From Gaiellaceae bacterium (GTDB lineage Bacteria; Actinomycetota; Thermoleophilia; Gaiellales; Gaiellaceae): a DNA stretch of 59,165 nucleotides. Positions 17,585 to 27,348 of the stretch are shown piece by piece (position 1 is the stretch's first letter; each line of letters opens with the position of its first letter). Position numbers and translations under genes: made by a program. The DNA lies in the NCBI GenBank assembly GCA_035640035.1, contig DASQWX010000010.1:1-59165 (forward strand), given 5' to 3'. A model generated the notes under the pieces. The model had not been told where the DNA came from and did no database searches. It saw nothing but the letters and a program-made list of their open reading frames with translations.

Positions 17585-18165
17585 GCGCGGTGCACGCGGA
17601 GCGCGAGAAAGTCCTGCTCGACCACGAGGCCGTCGAGCGGACGCTCTCCCGGATCGCCCACGAGATCATCGAGGCGAACCCCGAGCTCGACAAGGTCGCC
17701 CTGGTCGGGATCCACACGCGCGGGGTGCCGCTCGCCCAGCGCCTCCGCCGCCGCATCGCCGACTTCGCCGGCGAGGAGGTGGCGCTCGGCCAGCTCGATA
17801 TCACCTTCTACCGCGACGACGTTCACGTTCGCGGCCGCGAGGCGCCGCAGCATGCGCAGCCGGTCGTCCGCGACTCGAAGCTCGACTTCGGGCTCGACGG
17901 AATGACGTGCGTCCTCGTCGACGACGTGCTCTACACCGGGCGAACGATCCGCGCCGCCGTCGAGGCGCTCTTCGACTACGGCCGCCCCGCGCGCGTCCAG
18001 CTCGCGGTGCTCGCCGATCGGGGCCACCGCGAGCTGCCGATCCGCCCCGACTACGTCGGCAAGAACTTCCCCACGCACCGCGACGAGCGCATCCAGGTGC
18101 AGCTCGTCGAGGTCGACGAGATCGACCAAGTCCTGCTGATCCCTGCTTCCGAGGAGGCGAGCTAG
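17581..18165 (+). CDS. pyrR: Bifunctional pyrimidine operon regulator / uracil phosphoribosyltransferase PyrR
   Basis: ...[21 protein letters not shown]...[15 protein letters not shown]...LDITFYRDD...[16 protein letters not shown]. The track's start at 17521 falls inside the binding hairpin, so GTG 17581 (or 17590) is preferred. Confidence 0.9.
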   Translation: MSAVHAEREKVLLDHEAVERTLSRIAHEIIEANPELDKVALVGIHTRGVPLAQRLRRRIADFAGEEVALGQLDITFYRDDVHVRGREAPQHAQPVVRDSKLDFGLDGMTCVLVDDVLYTGRTIRAAVEALFDYGRPARVQLAVLADRGHRELPIRPDYVGKNFPTHRDERIQVQLVEVDEIDQVLLIPASEEAS

Positions 18166-18254
18166 TGAGCCGCCTGGCGACACTTGGCGGCGTCTGGCCC
18201 GCGATCACGCGGCGCCAAGCCGCGTCCTCACGCGGGCTCGGGCGTCCAGCCCGA

Positions 18255-18330
18255 GCGCTCCCTGCGTCCTTGCCTGGTTTGGTGCTCGCGACCCAGGCAT
18301 CCACCAGCGTCACCAGGAGGCTCACTAATG
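18255..18330 (+). repeat. Copy A of a ~75-nt repeated junction element (pyrR-pyrB spacer, ending at the pyrB ATG)
   Basis: Ungapped alignment with 30907-30982 gives about 54/74 identities by hand count, including the exact 15-mer TGCGTCCTTGCCTGG and GTCACC(A/G)GGAGG. Confidence 0.6.
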
Positions 18331-19329
18331 GCTGAAATCCGCGTCATGCGGGAGGACCTCCTCCCGCCCAAGAACCCGCCGCGGCGGCATCTGATCTCGA
18401 TCGGAGACCTCGAGCGCCAGGACGTCGAGCGCCTGCTGGCGACCGCGCGCAGCTTCGAGCGCTCGCTCGAGCGTGAGCTGAAGAAGCTCCCGACGCTGCG
18501 CGGAAAGACCGTCGTCAACGTCTTCTACGAGTCCTCGACACGCACCTCGTCGAGCTTCGAGCTGGCGGCGAAGCGGCTCTCGGCGGACACCATGTCGATC
18601 AAGGCTGCGGGCTCGTCGGTGGACAAGGGCGAGTCGCTGAAGGACACGGCGCTGACGCTCGGCGCGTACGACCCGGACGTGATCGTGATCCGGCACCCGC
18701 AGATCGGGGCGCCGCAGCTCGTCGCGCGCTATACGCCGGCGCACATCGTCAACGCCGGCGACGGCAAGCACCAGCATCCGACGCAGGCGTTGCTCGACCT
18801 GTACACGATCCAGCAGGAGGTCGGGGCGATCGAGGGGCTGCACGTCGCGATCGTCGGCGACGTCCTGCACTCGCGGGTCGCCCGCTCGAACATCCAGGCC
18901 TTGGCGCTGATGGGCGCGCGGGTGACGCTGGTCGGGCCGCCGCCGCTGATCCCCCGTGGGATCGAGGCGATGGGCTGCGACATCTCCAACGACATCGATG
19001 CGATCAAGGCCGCAGATGTGGTCTACGTGCTGCGGATGCAGCGCGAGCGGATGCTCGAGGGGGCGAACTACGTGCCGTCGCTGCGCGAGTACACGGCGCG
19101 CTGGGGCGTGACGGCGGCTCGGCTGCGGCCGGGCCAGAAGGTCATGCACCCGGGCCCGATGAACCGTGGCGTCGAGATCGACGGCGCCGTCGCGGACGCG
19201 CCGGACGCACTGATCGAGCAACAGGTCCGCTCCGGGCTCGTCGTGCGGATGGCCGTCCTCTACGACCTGCTGACGCACGGGCCGGTCGGCGTCGAGGCCG
19301 GAAACGTGCACGAGCTGGGGGTCGCGTGA
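18328..19329 (+). CDS. pyrB: Aspartate carbamoyltransferase catalytic subunit
   Basis: ATG 18328 preceded by CAGGAGG. Motifs: STRTSSSFE, HPTQALLD, HPGPMNRG. Confidence 0.95.
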   Translation: MAEIRVMREDLLPPKNPPRRHLISIGDLERQDVERLLATARSFERSLERELKKLPTLRGKTVVNVFYESSTRTSSSFELAAKRLSADTMSIKAAGSSVDKGESLKDTALTLGAYDPDVIVIRHPQIGAPQLVARYTPAHIVNAGDGKHQHPTQALLDLYTIQQEVGAIEGLHVAIVGDVLHSRVARSNIQALALMGARVTLVGPPPLIPRGIEAMGCDISNDIDAIKAADVVYVLRMQRERMLEGANYVPSLREYTARWGVTAARLRPGQKVMHPGPMNRGVEIDGAVADAPDALIEQQVRSGLVVRMAVLYDLLTHGPVGVEAGNVHELGVA

Positions 19330-20627
19330 TGCTCTACGGCAAGCGCGGAGAGGAGAACGTCGTCGTCCGCGGCGCGCGCGTGATCGATCCGAGCGAAGGC
19401 GTGGATGCCGTGCTCGACGTCCGCGTCGACGCCGGCACAATCGCCCAGCTCGGGACGAGCGTGGAGACGAACGAGCACCGTGTGATCGATGGCGAGGGGC
19501 TCGTCCTCGCGCCTGCGTTCGTCGACCCGCACGTCCACCTGCGGACGCCGGGACGCGAAGACGAGGAGACGATCGCATCAGGGACGGCAGCGGCTGCAGC
19601 CGGCGGCTACTGCGCGATCCTGGCGATGCCGAACACGGAGCCGGTCGTCGACTCGGCCTCGATCCTCGGCGCGCTGGCGGAGGCAGCCGACAACGAGGCC
19701 CACGTCCCCGTCGGCTTCCTCGCCTCGATCACGAAGGCGCAGGAAGGCGGCGAGCTGACGGGGATGGCCGAGCTCGCCGGCGCCGGCGCCGCGGGCTTCA
19801 CCGACGACGGGCAGCCGGTGGTCGCGCCGGGACTGATGCGGCGAGCGCTGCAGTACAGCTCGGTCACGCGCCGGCGGATCGCGGTGCACTGCGAGGAGCC
19901 GACGCTCTCGAAGGCCGGCCAGATGCACGAGGGCGCCGTCTCGGCCGAGCTCGGCTTCGCCGGGTACCCGTCGGTCGCCGAGAGCCTGATGGTCGAGCGC
20001 GACCTGGCGCTCGCCGCGTATGAACGGCAGCCCATCCATCTGATGCACCTTTCGGCGCGCGAGTCGGTGGAGGCACTGTCGCGGGCGCAGGTCGCCGGAG
20101 TCGCGGCAACGGGCGAGGTAACGCCGCACCATCTCTGCCTCACGGACGAAGCGGTGCGGTCGCTCGATGCGAATCTGAAGATGAACCCACCGCTCCGCGC
20201 CGAGGAGGACCGGCAGGCGCTGATCGCCGGCCTCCGCGACGGCACGATCGCGGCGGTCGCGACCGATCACGCGCCGCATGCGCGCCACGAAAAGGAGGTC
20301 CCGTTCGAGGCGGCGCCGTTCGGCGTCACCGGTCTCGAGACTGCCTTCCCGGCGCTGTACACGTACCTGGTCGAGCCCGGGCTGCTGAAGCTCGAAACGC
20401 TGCTCGAGCGGATGTCGGTCGGCCCGGCGCAGGCATATGGGCTCGACGCGCCGCGGATTGCCGTCGGAGCGCCCGCCAATGTCGTCCTGCTCGACCCGAA
20501 GGCGAGCCGGCGCGTGGACGAAAGCGACTTTCGCTCGCGCTCGGCCAACTCATGGCTCCTCGGGTCGACCGTCAAGGGGCAGGTCCGAATGACGATGGCG
20601 GCCGGGCGGGTCGCGTTCGAGGCATGA
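19326..20627 (+). CDS. pyrC: Dihydroorotase
   Basis: 433 aa: PAFVDPHVHLRTPG, ...ATDHAPH.... The start overlaps the pyrB stop (GTGATG). Confidence 0.95.
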   Translation: MMLYGKRGEENVVVRGARVIDPSEGVDAVLDVRVDAGTIAQLGTSVETNEHRVIDGEGLVLAPAFVDPHVHLRTPGREDEETIASGTAAAAAGGYCAILAMPNTEPVVDSASILGALAEAADNEAHVPVGFLASITKAQEGGELTGMAELAGAGAAGFTDDGQPVVAPGLMRRALQYSSVTRRRIAVHCEEPTLSKAGQMHEGAVSAELGFAGYPSVAESLMVERDLALAAYERQPIHLMHLSARESVEALSRAQVAGVAATGEVTPHHLCLTDEAVRSLDANLKMNPPLRAEEDRQALIAGLRDGTIAAVATDHAPHARHEKEVPFEAAPFGVTGLETAFPALYTYLVEPGLLKLETLLERMSVGPAQAYGLDAPRIAVGAPANVVLLDPKASRRVDESDFRSRSANSWLLGSTVKGQVRMTMAAGRVAFEA

Positions 20628-21193
20628 GCGCTGTGGCCGACACATACCTCGACGAGACGGCCGAGCGCTATCGCGCGAGCGTCGTCGAGGCGATCGGCGG
20701 GGAGGTCGAGGTGCTGGAGACGTTCGTCCTCGGATCGGGGCTCGTGGGCGGCTATCGCCCGGGCAAGAGCGATCTCGATCTCGTCGCCGTCGTCGACCGG
20801 CCGCTTCGCGGTGACGCGCGGCGGCGGGCAATCGGGCGCATTGCGGAGCTCGAGCTGCCAGGCCGGCGGCTCGAGCTCGTCGTCTACGTGTGCGGCCACC
20901 AGCCGCCCGACTTCGACCTGAACCTCGAAGTCGACGCCGACAGCGTTCGGGAGGATCCCGACGCGTCACCACATTGGTTCGTCATCGACGCCGCGATCGC
21001 GCAGGAGCGGAGCTCCGGCTGGGGCGACTACTTCGAGCCGATCTCGATGGAGCGGACGCGGCGGGCGGTCGAGGAGTCGCTCGCCTGGTCGGCCGAGCAT
21101 CCGCAGTACGAGTTCTCGCGCCTCAACGCGGCTCGCGCGCGGCACTACCTCGAGCACGGCGAGTGGATCTCGAAGGCGGAGGCGGCAGGATGA
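20624..21193 (+). CDS. Pol-beta-superfamily nucleotidyltransferase (ANT/AadA-like fold) embedded in the pyr operon
   Basis: 189 aa starting at ATG 20624. Motif GSGLVGGYRPGKSDLDLVAVV. ATGA overlaps link it to pyrC upstream and carA downstream. Confidence 0.7.
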   Translation: MSAVADTYLDETAERYRASVVEAIGGEVEVLETFVLGSGLVGGYRPGKSDLDLVAVVDRPLRGDARRRAIGRIAELELPGRRLELVVYVCGHQPPDFDLNLEVDADSVREDPDASPHWFVIDAAIAQERSSGWGDYFEPISMERTRRAVEESLAWSAEHPQYEFSRLNAARARHYLEHGEWISKAEAAG

Positions 21194-22233
21194 ACGGTTT
21201 CCTGGCGCTCGAGGACGGGACCGTCTTTGCGGGCGAATCCGTGGGCGCCGAGGGCTTCGCCTTCGGAGAAGCCGTCTTCACGACCGCAATGACGGGCTAC
21301 CAGGAGGTCGTCACCGATCCGAGCTTCGCCGAGCAGATCGTCACCTTCACGGCGCCGATGGTTGGGAACTACGGCGTCGAGCCGTCCCGGTCGGAGTCGG
21401 GACAGCTCCACGCGCGTGCGGTCGTGATGCGCGAGGCGCGCGGGCCGGCCTGGACGGATTGGCTCGTCGAGAACGGCCTCGTCGCCCTCTCGGGGGTCGA
21501 CACGCGCACGCTCACGCTTCACCTCCGGAACCGCGGGGCGATGCGGGCGATCGCCGTCGCAGGCGACGCGTCGCCCGCGGAGGCGTTGCGCGGCGTGACG
21601 GAGCAGCCGCGAATGGCCGGGAGACCGCTGGCGGCCGACGTCTCGACGCGCGAGCCGTACGTCTTCAGCGACCGCGGCCGGGCACGGGTGGCCGTCGTCG
21701 ACTACGGCTGCAAGCGCTCGATCCTGCACCGGCTCGCGGCGGCGGGCGCCGAGGTGACCGTCTTCCCGCACACGGCGCGGGTCCGCGACCTGCACGCTTT
21801 CGACGCGATCCTGTTGTCGAACGGCCCGGGCGACCCGGAACCGCTGTACGACGAGGTCGAGACGGTGCGCGCCCTGCTCGGCCGCGTTCCGATGCTCGGA
21901 ATCTGCCTCGGGCATCAGCTCCTCGCGCTCGCGACCGGGCACGAGACCTACAAGCTCCCGTTCGGCCACCGCGGCGCGAACCATCCGGTGCTCGACAAGC
22001 GCACCGACCGGGTGCTCGTGACGAGCCAGAACCACGGGTTCGCGGTCAAGGCGTCTGCGGCGAAGGAGGTCACGCACGTCTCGCTCTACGACGGCAGCGT
22101 CGAGGGGCTCGATTTCCCCTGGCTGCGCGCCCGCTCGGTGCAGTTCCATCCCGAGGCCGGGCCGGGCCCGCACGACGCCTGGCCGCTGCTCGAGGAGTGG
22201 CTGGCGGAGGTGGCGTATGCCAAGGCGGCGTGA
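21190..22233 (+). CDS. carA: Carbamoyl-phosphate synthase small (glutaminase) subunit
   Basis: [22 protein letters not shown]...; catalytic GICLGHQLL and the HRGANHPV region. The track's ORF from 20890 is an upstream shadow extension. Confidence 0.95.
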   Translation: MNGFLALEDGTVFAGESVGAEGFAFGEAVFTTAMTGYQEVVTDPSFAEQIVTFTAPMVGNYGVEPSRSESGQLHARAVVMREARGPAWTDWLVENGLVALSGVDTRTLTLHLRNRGAMRAIAVAGDASPAEALRGVTEQPRMAGRPLAADVSTREPYVFSDRGRARVAVVDYGCKRSILHRLAAAGAEVTVFPHTARVRDLHAFDAILLSNGPGDPEPLYDEVETVRALLGRVPMLGICLGHQLLALATGHETYKLPFGHRGANHPVLDKRTDRVLVTSQNHGFAVKASAAKEVTHVSLYDGSVEGLDFPWLRARSVQFHPEAGPGPHDAWPLLEEWLAEVAYAKAA

Positions 22234-25200
22234 CCTTCGCTCGATCTGCCTGATCGGGTCGGGCCCGATCGTGATCGGCCAGGCCTGCGAGTTCGACTAC
22301 GCGGGCTCACAGGCGCTGAAGGTGCTGCGCGAGGACGGGTTCCGGACGATCGTCGTCAACTCGAACCCGGCGACGATCATGACCGATCCGGGCTTCGCGG
22401 ACCGGACCTACCTCGAGCCTCTCGACATCGCCGGCGTGGCCGACGTGCTCGGCCGCGAGCGGCCGGATGCGCTGTTGCCGACGCTCGGCGGGCAGACCGC
22501 CTTGAACCTCGCGATGGAGCTCGTCGCCGAAGGCGTGCTCGAGGCGCTCGGCATCGAGCTGATCGGCGCCGGGCCCGACGTGATTCGCCGCGCCGAAGAC
22601 CGCGAGCTGTTCCGCGAGACGATCCGCCTGTCAGGGTTGAAGGTTCCCGAGTCGACGATCGTCACGGAGGCCGCGGATCTTCCGGTCGAGCTGAGCTTTC
22701 CGGTCATCCTCCGGCCGGCGTTCACGCTGGGCGGTCACGGTGGCGGCACCGCGCGGAGCTGGGCCGAGCTCGCCGAGCTCCTCGAGCGCGCGTTGCGCGA
22801 GAGCCCCGTCGGCCAGGTGCTGATCGAGGAAAGCCTCCTCGGCTGGGACGAATTCGAGCTCGAAGTGATCCGCGACCGCCGCGACAACGTCGTCGTCGTC
22901 TGCTCGATCGAGAACCTCGACCCGATGGGGGTGCACACCGGTGACTCGGTGACTGTCGCCCCGCAGATGACCCTGTCCGACGACGCCTACCAGGAGCTGC
23001 GCGACGCGGCCGCGGACGTGATCCGCGCCGTCGGCGTCGAATGCGGCGGCTCGAACATCCAGTTCGCGCGCCATCGGGAAACGGGCGAGCTGCGGGTGAT
23101 CGAGATGAACCCACGCGTCTCGCGCTCCTCGGCACTTGCCTCCAAGGCGACGGGCTACCCGATCGCCAAGGTCGCCGCCAAGCTCGCGGTCGGCTACACG
23201 CTCGACGAGATCCCGAACGACCTCACGGGCACGACGCCGGCGAGCTTCGAGCCAACGCTCGACTATGTCGTGGTCAAGGCGCCGCGCTTCGCGTTCGAGA
23301 AATTCCCGGGCGCCGAGACAGAGCTCGGCACCCAGATGAAATCGGTCGGCGAAGCGATGGGGATCGGCCGTACCTTCAACGAAGCGTTCCTCAAGGCTCT
23401 CCGCTCGCGCGAGCTCGACGGCGGCGCCGTCACACCGTGGGAGGCGCTCGATGCGATTCCCGACGGTGTGCATCCCTGGTTCAGGCGCGAGCTCGAATCT
23501 GTGGCGGCCGCACTGGCGCGCGTGCACTCGCTGGACGATCTCGTCGCCGACGACTGGCTGAGGCTGAAGCGGCTCGGGCTTTCCGACGCCGCGGTGGCAG
23601 GCGCTTGCGGCGCGAGCGAGGAGGCGGCACGCGCGAAGCGGCGTGCCTGGGGTGTCAAGCCCGCGTACCGCCGCGTCGACTCCTGCGCCGGCGAGGTCGA
23701 GGCCGGCTCGAATTACCTCTACTCGACGTGGGGCGAACAAGATGACTTGCCTGTTCGGCCAAATCGGGGGAACCTCCCGGTTCCCCCGAACCCCCTCCAC
23801 TGGTCCGCTTCGCGGACAGGCGCTTCGCGCCGGGGCGAACAGGATGATGGGTCTCCTCGAGTCGGTCGGTCAGTCGTCATCCTCGGCTCCGGTCCGAACA
23901 GAATCGGTCAGGGGATCGAGTTCGACTACTGCTGCGTCCACGCCGCGAAGACGTTTCGGGAGCTCGGTTACGAGGCGGTGATGGTCAATTGCAATCCCGA
24001 GACCGTCTCGACCGACTACGACACCTCCGACCGGCTCTACTTCGAGCCGCTCGGGGTCGAGGAAGTGCTCGCGATCTGCGAGCGAGAGCGGCCGGTCGGT
24101 GTCGTCACCCAGTTCGGTGGCCAGACTCCGCTCAAGCTCGCGCGAGCGCTCGAGGCGGCGGGCCATCGGGTGCTCGGGACGTCGCCCGAGGCGATCGACC
24201 TCGCCGAGGACCGCGAGCGCTTCGGAGCGCTACTCAAGTCGCTGCAGATCCGCTGTCCCGACTGGAGCACGGCCACGGAAGCAGACGAGGCGGTCGCCGC
24301 GGCGGAGCGGATTGGGTATCCGGTGCTCATCCGCCCGTCCTACGTTCTCGGCGGCCGTGCAATGCGCGTCTGCTACGGGCCGGACGAGGTCAGGCTGGCG
24401 ATGACGGGAGCGCAGGGGCGTGTCCTGCTCGACCGGTTCCTCGAGCATGCGCTCGAGCTCGACATCGACGCGCTCTGCGACGGCGAGGACACGTATGTCG
24501 CCGCGGTGATGCAGCACGTCGAGGAGGCGGGAGTTCACTCCGGCGACTCGGCATGCGTGCTACCGGCTCCCGCCCTGGGCCCTCTGGAGCGGACGTACGC
24601 GGACGAGGTCGTCCGCGAGCTCGGGGCCGGGCTCGGGGTGGTCGGCCTGCTCAACGTGCAGCTGGCGATCGCCGACGGCCAGCTCTACGTGCTCGAGGTC
24701 AATCCCAGAGCCTCCCGGACTGTGCCGTTCGCGAGCAAGGCGACCGGCATCAACCTCGTCGAGGCGGCCTGCCGGCTCGCCGCCGGCGCAAACCTGGCCG
24801 AGCTCGACCTGCCGGCGGACCCGACGCCGGCGGAGGTCAGCGTCAAGGCGGCGGTGCTGCCGTTCGCACGGTTCCCCGGGGCCGACCCGGTGCTGGGGCC
24901 CGAGATGCGCGCCACGGGCGAGGTGATGGCGACGGCCGCGGACTTCCCGACCGCGTTCGCGAAGGCAGAGCGTGCCGCAGGGAGGGAGCTGCCGGCGAGC
25001 GGGACGGCGTTCATCTCCGTCTGCGACGCGCACAAGGAGGCGGTCGTCCCCGTCGCGCACGCGCTGGCGGGGCTCGGGTTCGACCTCGTCGCAACGGCCG
25101 GGACCGCGCGTGTGCTCGCCGCGGCCGGGCTGGCCGTCGAGTACGTGCGCAAGGTGACCGAAAGCGGGGAGGGCCTGACCGTGGTCGACCTCGTCCGGCG

Positions 25201-25408
25201 CGGACGCTGCGACTTGATCGTCAACACGCCGCAGGGATCCGGGGCCCGCACGGACGGCTACCTGATCCGTGAGGCCGCACTCGTGGGCAGGGTTCCCTGC
25301 ATCACCACGATTTCCGGCGCCGCCGCGGCGGTCGAGGCGATCGCGCACGCGCAGCCCGAGATCTCGGTTTCGCTGCAGGAGCGGATCGGTGAAGCACGAG
25401 CAAGTTGA
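22217..25408 (+). CDS. carB: Carbamoyl-phosphate synthase large subunit
   Basis: 1063 aa with two ATP-grasp halves ([22 protein letters not shown]... and [22 protein letters not shown]...) and an MGS-like C-terminus. Carries a 34-aa linker insertion (see the repeat feature at 23730-23847). Confidence 0.95.
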   Translation: MPRRRDLRSICLIGSGPIVIGQACEFDYAGSQALKVLREDGFRTIVVNSNPATIMTDPGFADRTYLEPLDIAGVADVLGRERPDALLPTLGGQTALNLAMELVAEGVLEALGIELIGAGPDVIRRAEDRELFRETIRLSGLKVPESTIVTEAADLPVELSFPVILRPAFTLGGHGGGTARSWAELAELLERALRESPVGQVLIEESLLGWDEFELEVIRDRRDNVVVVCSIENLDPMGVHTGDSVTVAPQMTLSDDAYQELRDAAADVIRAVGVECGGSNIQFARHRETGELRVIEMNPRVSRSSALASKATGYPIAKVAAKLAVGYTLDEIPNDLTGTTPASFEPTLDYVVVKAPRFAFEKFPGAETELGTQMKSVGEAMGIGRTFNEAFLKALRSRELDGGAVTPWEALDAIPDGVHPWFRRELESVAAALARVHSLDDLVADDWLRLKRLGLSDAAVAGACGASEEAARAKRRAWGVKPAYRRVDSCAGEVEAGSNYLYSTWGEQDDLPVRPNRGNLPVPPNPLHWSASRTGASRRGEQDDGSPRVGRSVVILGSGPNRIGQGIEFDYCCVHAAKTFRELGYEAVMVNCNPETVSTDYDTSDRLYFEPLGVEEVLAICERERPVGVVTQFGGQTPLKLARALEAAGHRVLGTSPEAIDLAEDRERFGALLKSLQIRCPDWSTATEADEAVAAAERIGYPVLIRPSYVLGGRAMRVCYGPDEVRLAMTGAQGRVLLDRFLEHALELDIDALCDGEDTYVAAVMQHVEEAGVHSGDSACVLPAPALGPLERTYADEVVRELGAGLGVVGLLNVQLAIADGQLYVLEVNPRASRTVPFASKATGINLVEAACRLAAGANLAELDLPADPTPAEVSVKAAVLPFARFPGADPVLGPEMRATGEVMATAADFPTAFAKAERAAGRELPASGTAFISVCDAHKEAVVPVAHALAGLGFDLVATAGTARVLAAAGLAVEYVRKVTESGEGLTVVDLVRRGRCDLIVNTPQGSGARTDGYLIREAALVGRVPCITTISGAAAAVEAIAHAQPEISVSLQERIGEARAS
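23730..23847 (+). repeat. Short in-frame insertion in carB bounded by 16-nt direct repeats, with an internal hairpin
   Basis: GGGGCGAACAAGATGA (23730-23745) and GGGGCGAACAGGATGA (23832-23847), offset 102 nt. Internal hairpin CGGGGGAACC-TCCC-GGTTCCCCCG (23765-23788). Local codons are A/T-ending (ttg cct gtt cca aat), unlike the rest of the gene. Confidence 0.6.
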
Positions 25409-26060
25409 AGCTACGGCCACCGAGCGGGTCGGCCCCTACACGCTGCTGCGCGTCGCGCGCGGCGCCCTCGACCCAGGCATCCCGGGCCAGTTCTTCATGC
25501 TCGAGGCGCCCGGCCGGCCGTTGCCGCGCCCAATGAGCGTCTGCCACGCAGCTGCCGACGAGCTCGGCTTCCTGATCGACCCCATCGGGCCGGGCACGCG
25601 CGCTCTTTGCGCACTAGAGCCTGGTGACGAGCTCGCGCTCCTCGGCCCGCTCGGCAAGGGTTTTCGCCTCGACGTCGAGAGGCCGCTCCTCGTCGGGGGC
25701 GGGATCGGGATCGCTCCGCTCCCGTATCTGTCGGAGGCGCTCGGCCGTCCTCCCGCGATCCTCGGCTTTCGGAGCGACTGGCACGCCGAGGCCGCGCGCC
25801 TCGTCCCCAACGCGGACGTCGTCGTCGAGCCGAGACTTGTCACCGAGCTGCTGCCGCCGAATTGCGACGTCCTCGCATGCGGGCCCCAGCCGATGCTCGC
25901 GGCGCTCGCACAGCGCGAGCCCACCGCGCAGCTCGCCTGGGAGGCGCCGATGGCCTGCGGCTACGGCGCGTGCTACGGCTGCGGCGTCGAGATCGACGGC
26001 GAGATCAAGCGGCTCTGCGTCGAGGGTCCGGTCCTGGCTGCGGAGGCGGTTGCCGCGTGA
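25389..26060 (+). CDS. pyrK: Dihydroorotate dehydrogenase (class 1B) electron-transfer subunit
   Basis: ...[10 protein letters not shown]...[12 protein letters not shown]...[11 protein letters not shown] (2Fe-2S Cys cluster). The start is uncertain (GTG 25389 chosen); the track's ORF begins at 25269 inside carB. Confidence 0.85.
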   Translation: MKHEQVEATATERVGPYTLLRVARGALDPGIPGQFFMLEAPGRPLPRPMSVCHAAADELGFLIDPIGPGTRALCALEPGDELALLGPLGKGFRLDVERPLLVGGGIGIAPLPYLSEALGRPPAILGFRSDWHAEAARLVPNADVVVEPRLVTELLPPNCDVLACGPQPMLAALAQREPTAQLAWEAPMACGYGACYGCGVEIDGEIKRLCVEGPVLAAEAVAA

Positions 26061-26950
26061 TGATCTACAACGCTTCGGGCTGCCTCGACGCGGTGACGGC
26101 ACCGGAGGTCGCGCGCTCCCTCGATGTCTTCGTCACGAAGACCGTCACGCCGCTCCCGCGGGAGGGGAATGCCCCGCAGCGGATTGCCGAAGTCGAGCAC
26201 GGGATGCTGAACTCGATCGGGTTGGCGAACCCGGGCATCGATCGCTTCCTCTCGCATACGCTGCCGGCTCTCGACGAGCTCGGCCTCCCGGTCTGGGTCT
26301 CGGTCGGCGGCTTCACGGTTTCCGACTACGCGGACCTGTGCGACCGCCTCGACGACCGCCCCGAGGTCGAGGCGATCGAGCTCAACGTCTCCTGCCCGAA
26401 CGTCGACGACGTACCCGCGAGCGTAGGAGAAATCGTCGCCGCCGCCCGCGGGGCGACCCGGAAGCCGCTCTACACGAAGCTCTCGCCGGCCACCGCCGAT
26501 ATCGCCGAGGTCGCCCGCGCTGCCCAGCAGGCCGGCACCGACGGTCTCTCCCTCATCAACACGATCCTCGGCCTGGCACTCGACGAGCGCACGTTGAAAC
26601 CTCGCTTATCGCGTGCCGCCGGCGGCCTCTCGGGCCCCACATTGAAGCCGATCGCCCTTGCCGCCGTCTATGCGTGTTATGCGGCGACGGGCCTCAGGAT
26701 CGTCGGCATGGGCGGGATCGCCACGGGACGCGACGTGCTCGAGTTCGTGGCCGCGGGGGCGGCCGACGTTGCCCTCGGGACGATTCTCTTCTCCGACCCC
26801 GGTGCTCCGGGTCGGGTCCGGGCGGAGCTCGCGGCCGAAGTCGAGGCGCTCGGTGTTGACGGACTTGACAACGTAATCGGCCTGGCGCACGCCGAACCAC
26901 CTGTGTTTTTCAAGCCCGGGGAGCCGATATCTGCGTTTTCTCCACAGTAA
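26060..26950 (+). CDS. pyrD: Dihydroorotate dehydrogenase (class 1B) catalytic subunit
   Basis: ATG 26060 overlaps the pyrK stop (TGATG). Sequence: [10 protein letters not shown]...MLNSIGLANPG...ELNVSCPN...GGLSGP...GGI.TG.D. Confidence 0.9.
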   Translation: MIYNASGCLDAVTAPEVARSLDVFVTKTVTPLPREGNAPQRIAEVEHGMLNSIGLANPGIDRFLSHTLPALDELGLPVWVSVGGFTVSDYADLCDRLDDRPEVEAIELNVSCPNVDDVPASVGEIVAAARGATRKPLYTKLSPATADIAEVARAAQQAGTDGLSLINTILGLALDERTLKPRLSRAAGGLSGPTLKPIALAAVYACYAATGLRIVGMGGIATGRDVLEFVAAGAADVALGTILFSDPGAPGRVRAELAAEVEALGVDGLDNVIGLAHAEPPVFFKPGEPISAFSPQ

Positions 26951-26981
26951 ACACCCTGCAAATCGGCATCTTTGTAGGTGG

Positions 26982-27009
26982 TTGACGGCCTCGCCCCACT
27001 TGTTAGTAT
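26982..27009 (+). promoter_or_regulatory. Sigma-70-like promoter for mihF (predicts a leaderless or near-leaderless mRNA)
   Basis: TTGACG (26982-26987), 16-nt spacer, TAGTAT (27004-27009). The GTG start at 27019 lies about 10 nt after the -10 element. Confidence 0.5.
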
Positions 27010-27018
27010 GCGGCGTTC

Positions 27019-27348
27019 GTGCCAGCGCTCAAGACTCAGGCCCAGGCACCTCTCCGCTCGCTGGATCAGCGGATGGAGGCGCTCAAGCGGGCGAACGACA
27101 TCCGCGTCCGTCGTGCTCAGCTGAAGAAGGACCTGAAAACGGGTTCCGCCAACATCGACGACATCCTGCGCAACCCTCCGGAGTACGTCTCGACGGCCAA
27201 GGTCTTCGACATTCTGATGGCGGTGCCGAAGTTCGGCCGCGTCAAGGCGGCACGGTTCCTCAACCAGTGTCGGATCAGCCAGTCGAAGACCGTTGGAGGG
27301 CTGTCTGAGCGCCAGCGCGCCGAGCTCATCGGGCTCTTCAACAGGTAA
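27019..27348 (+). CDS. mihF: Actinobacterial integration host factor mIHF
   Basis: 109 aa: ...RVRRAQLKKDLKTG...VFDILMAVPKFGRVKAARFL...SKTVGGLSERQRAELI. Canonical position upstream of gmk-rpoZ. Confidence 0.9.
   Translation: MPALKTQAQAPLRSLDQRMEALKRANDIRVRRAQLKKDLKTGSANIDDILRNPPEYVSTAKVFDILMAVPKFGRVKAARFLNQCRISQSKTVGGLSERQRAELIGLFNR

Noticed and set aside
18166-18254. A second PyrR binding loop in the pyrR-pyrB spacer (GCTCGGGC-GUCCA-GCCCGAGC hairpin)
   Set aside because: Only GUCCAG resembles the consensus. The GAGAGG core and the CCUUUAA/AAGG flanks are missing, so this is probably just a hairpin.
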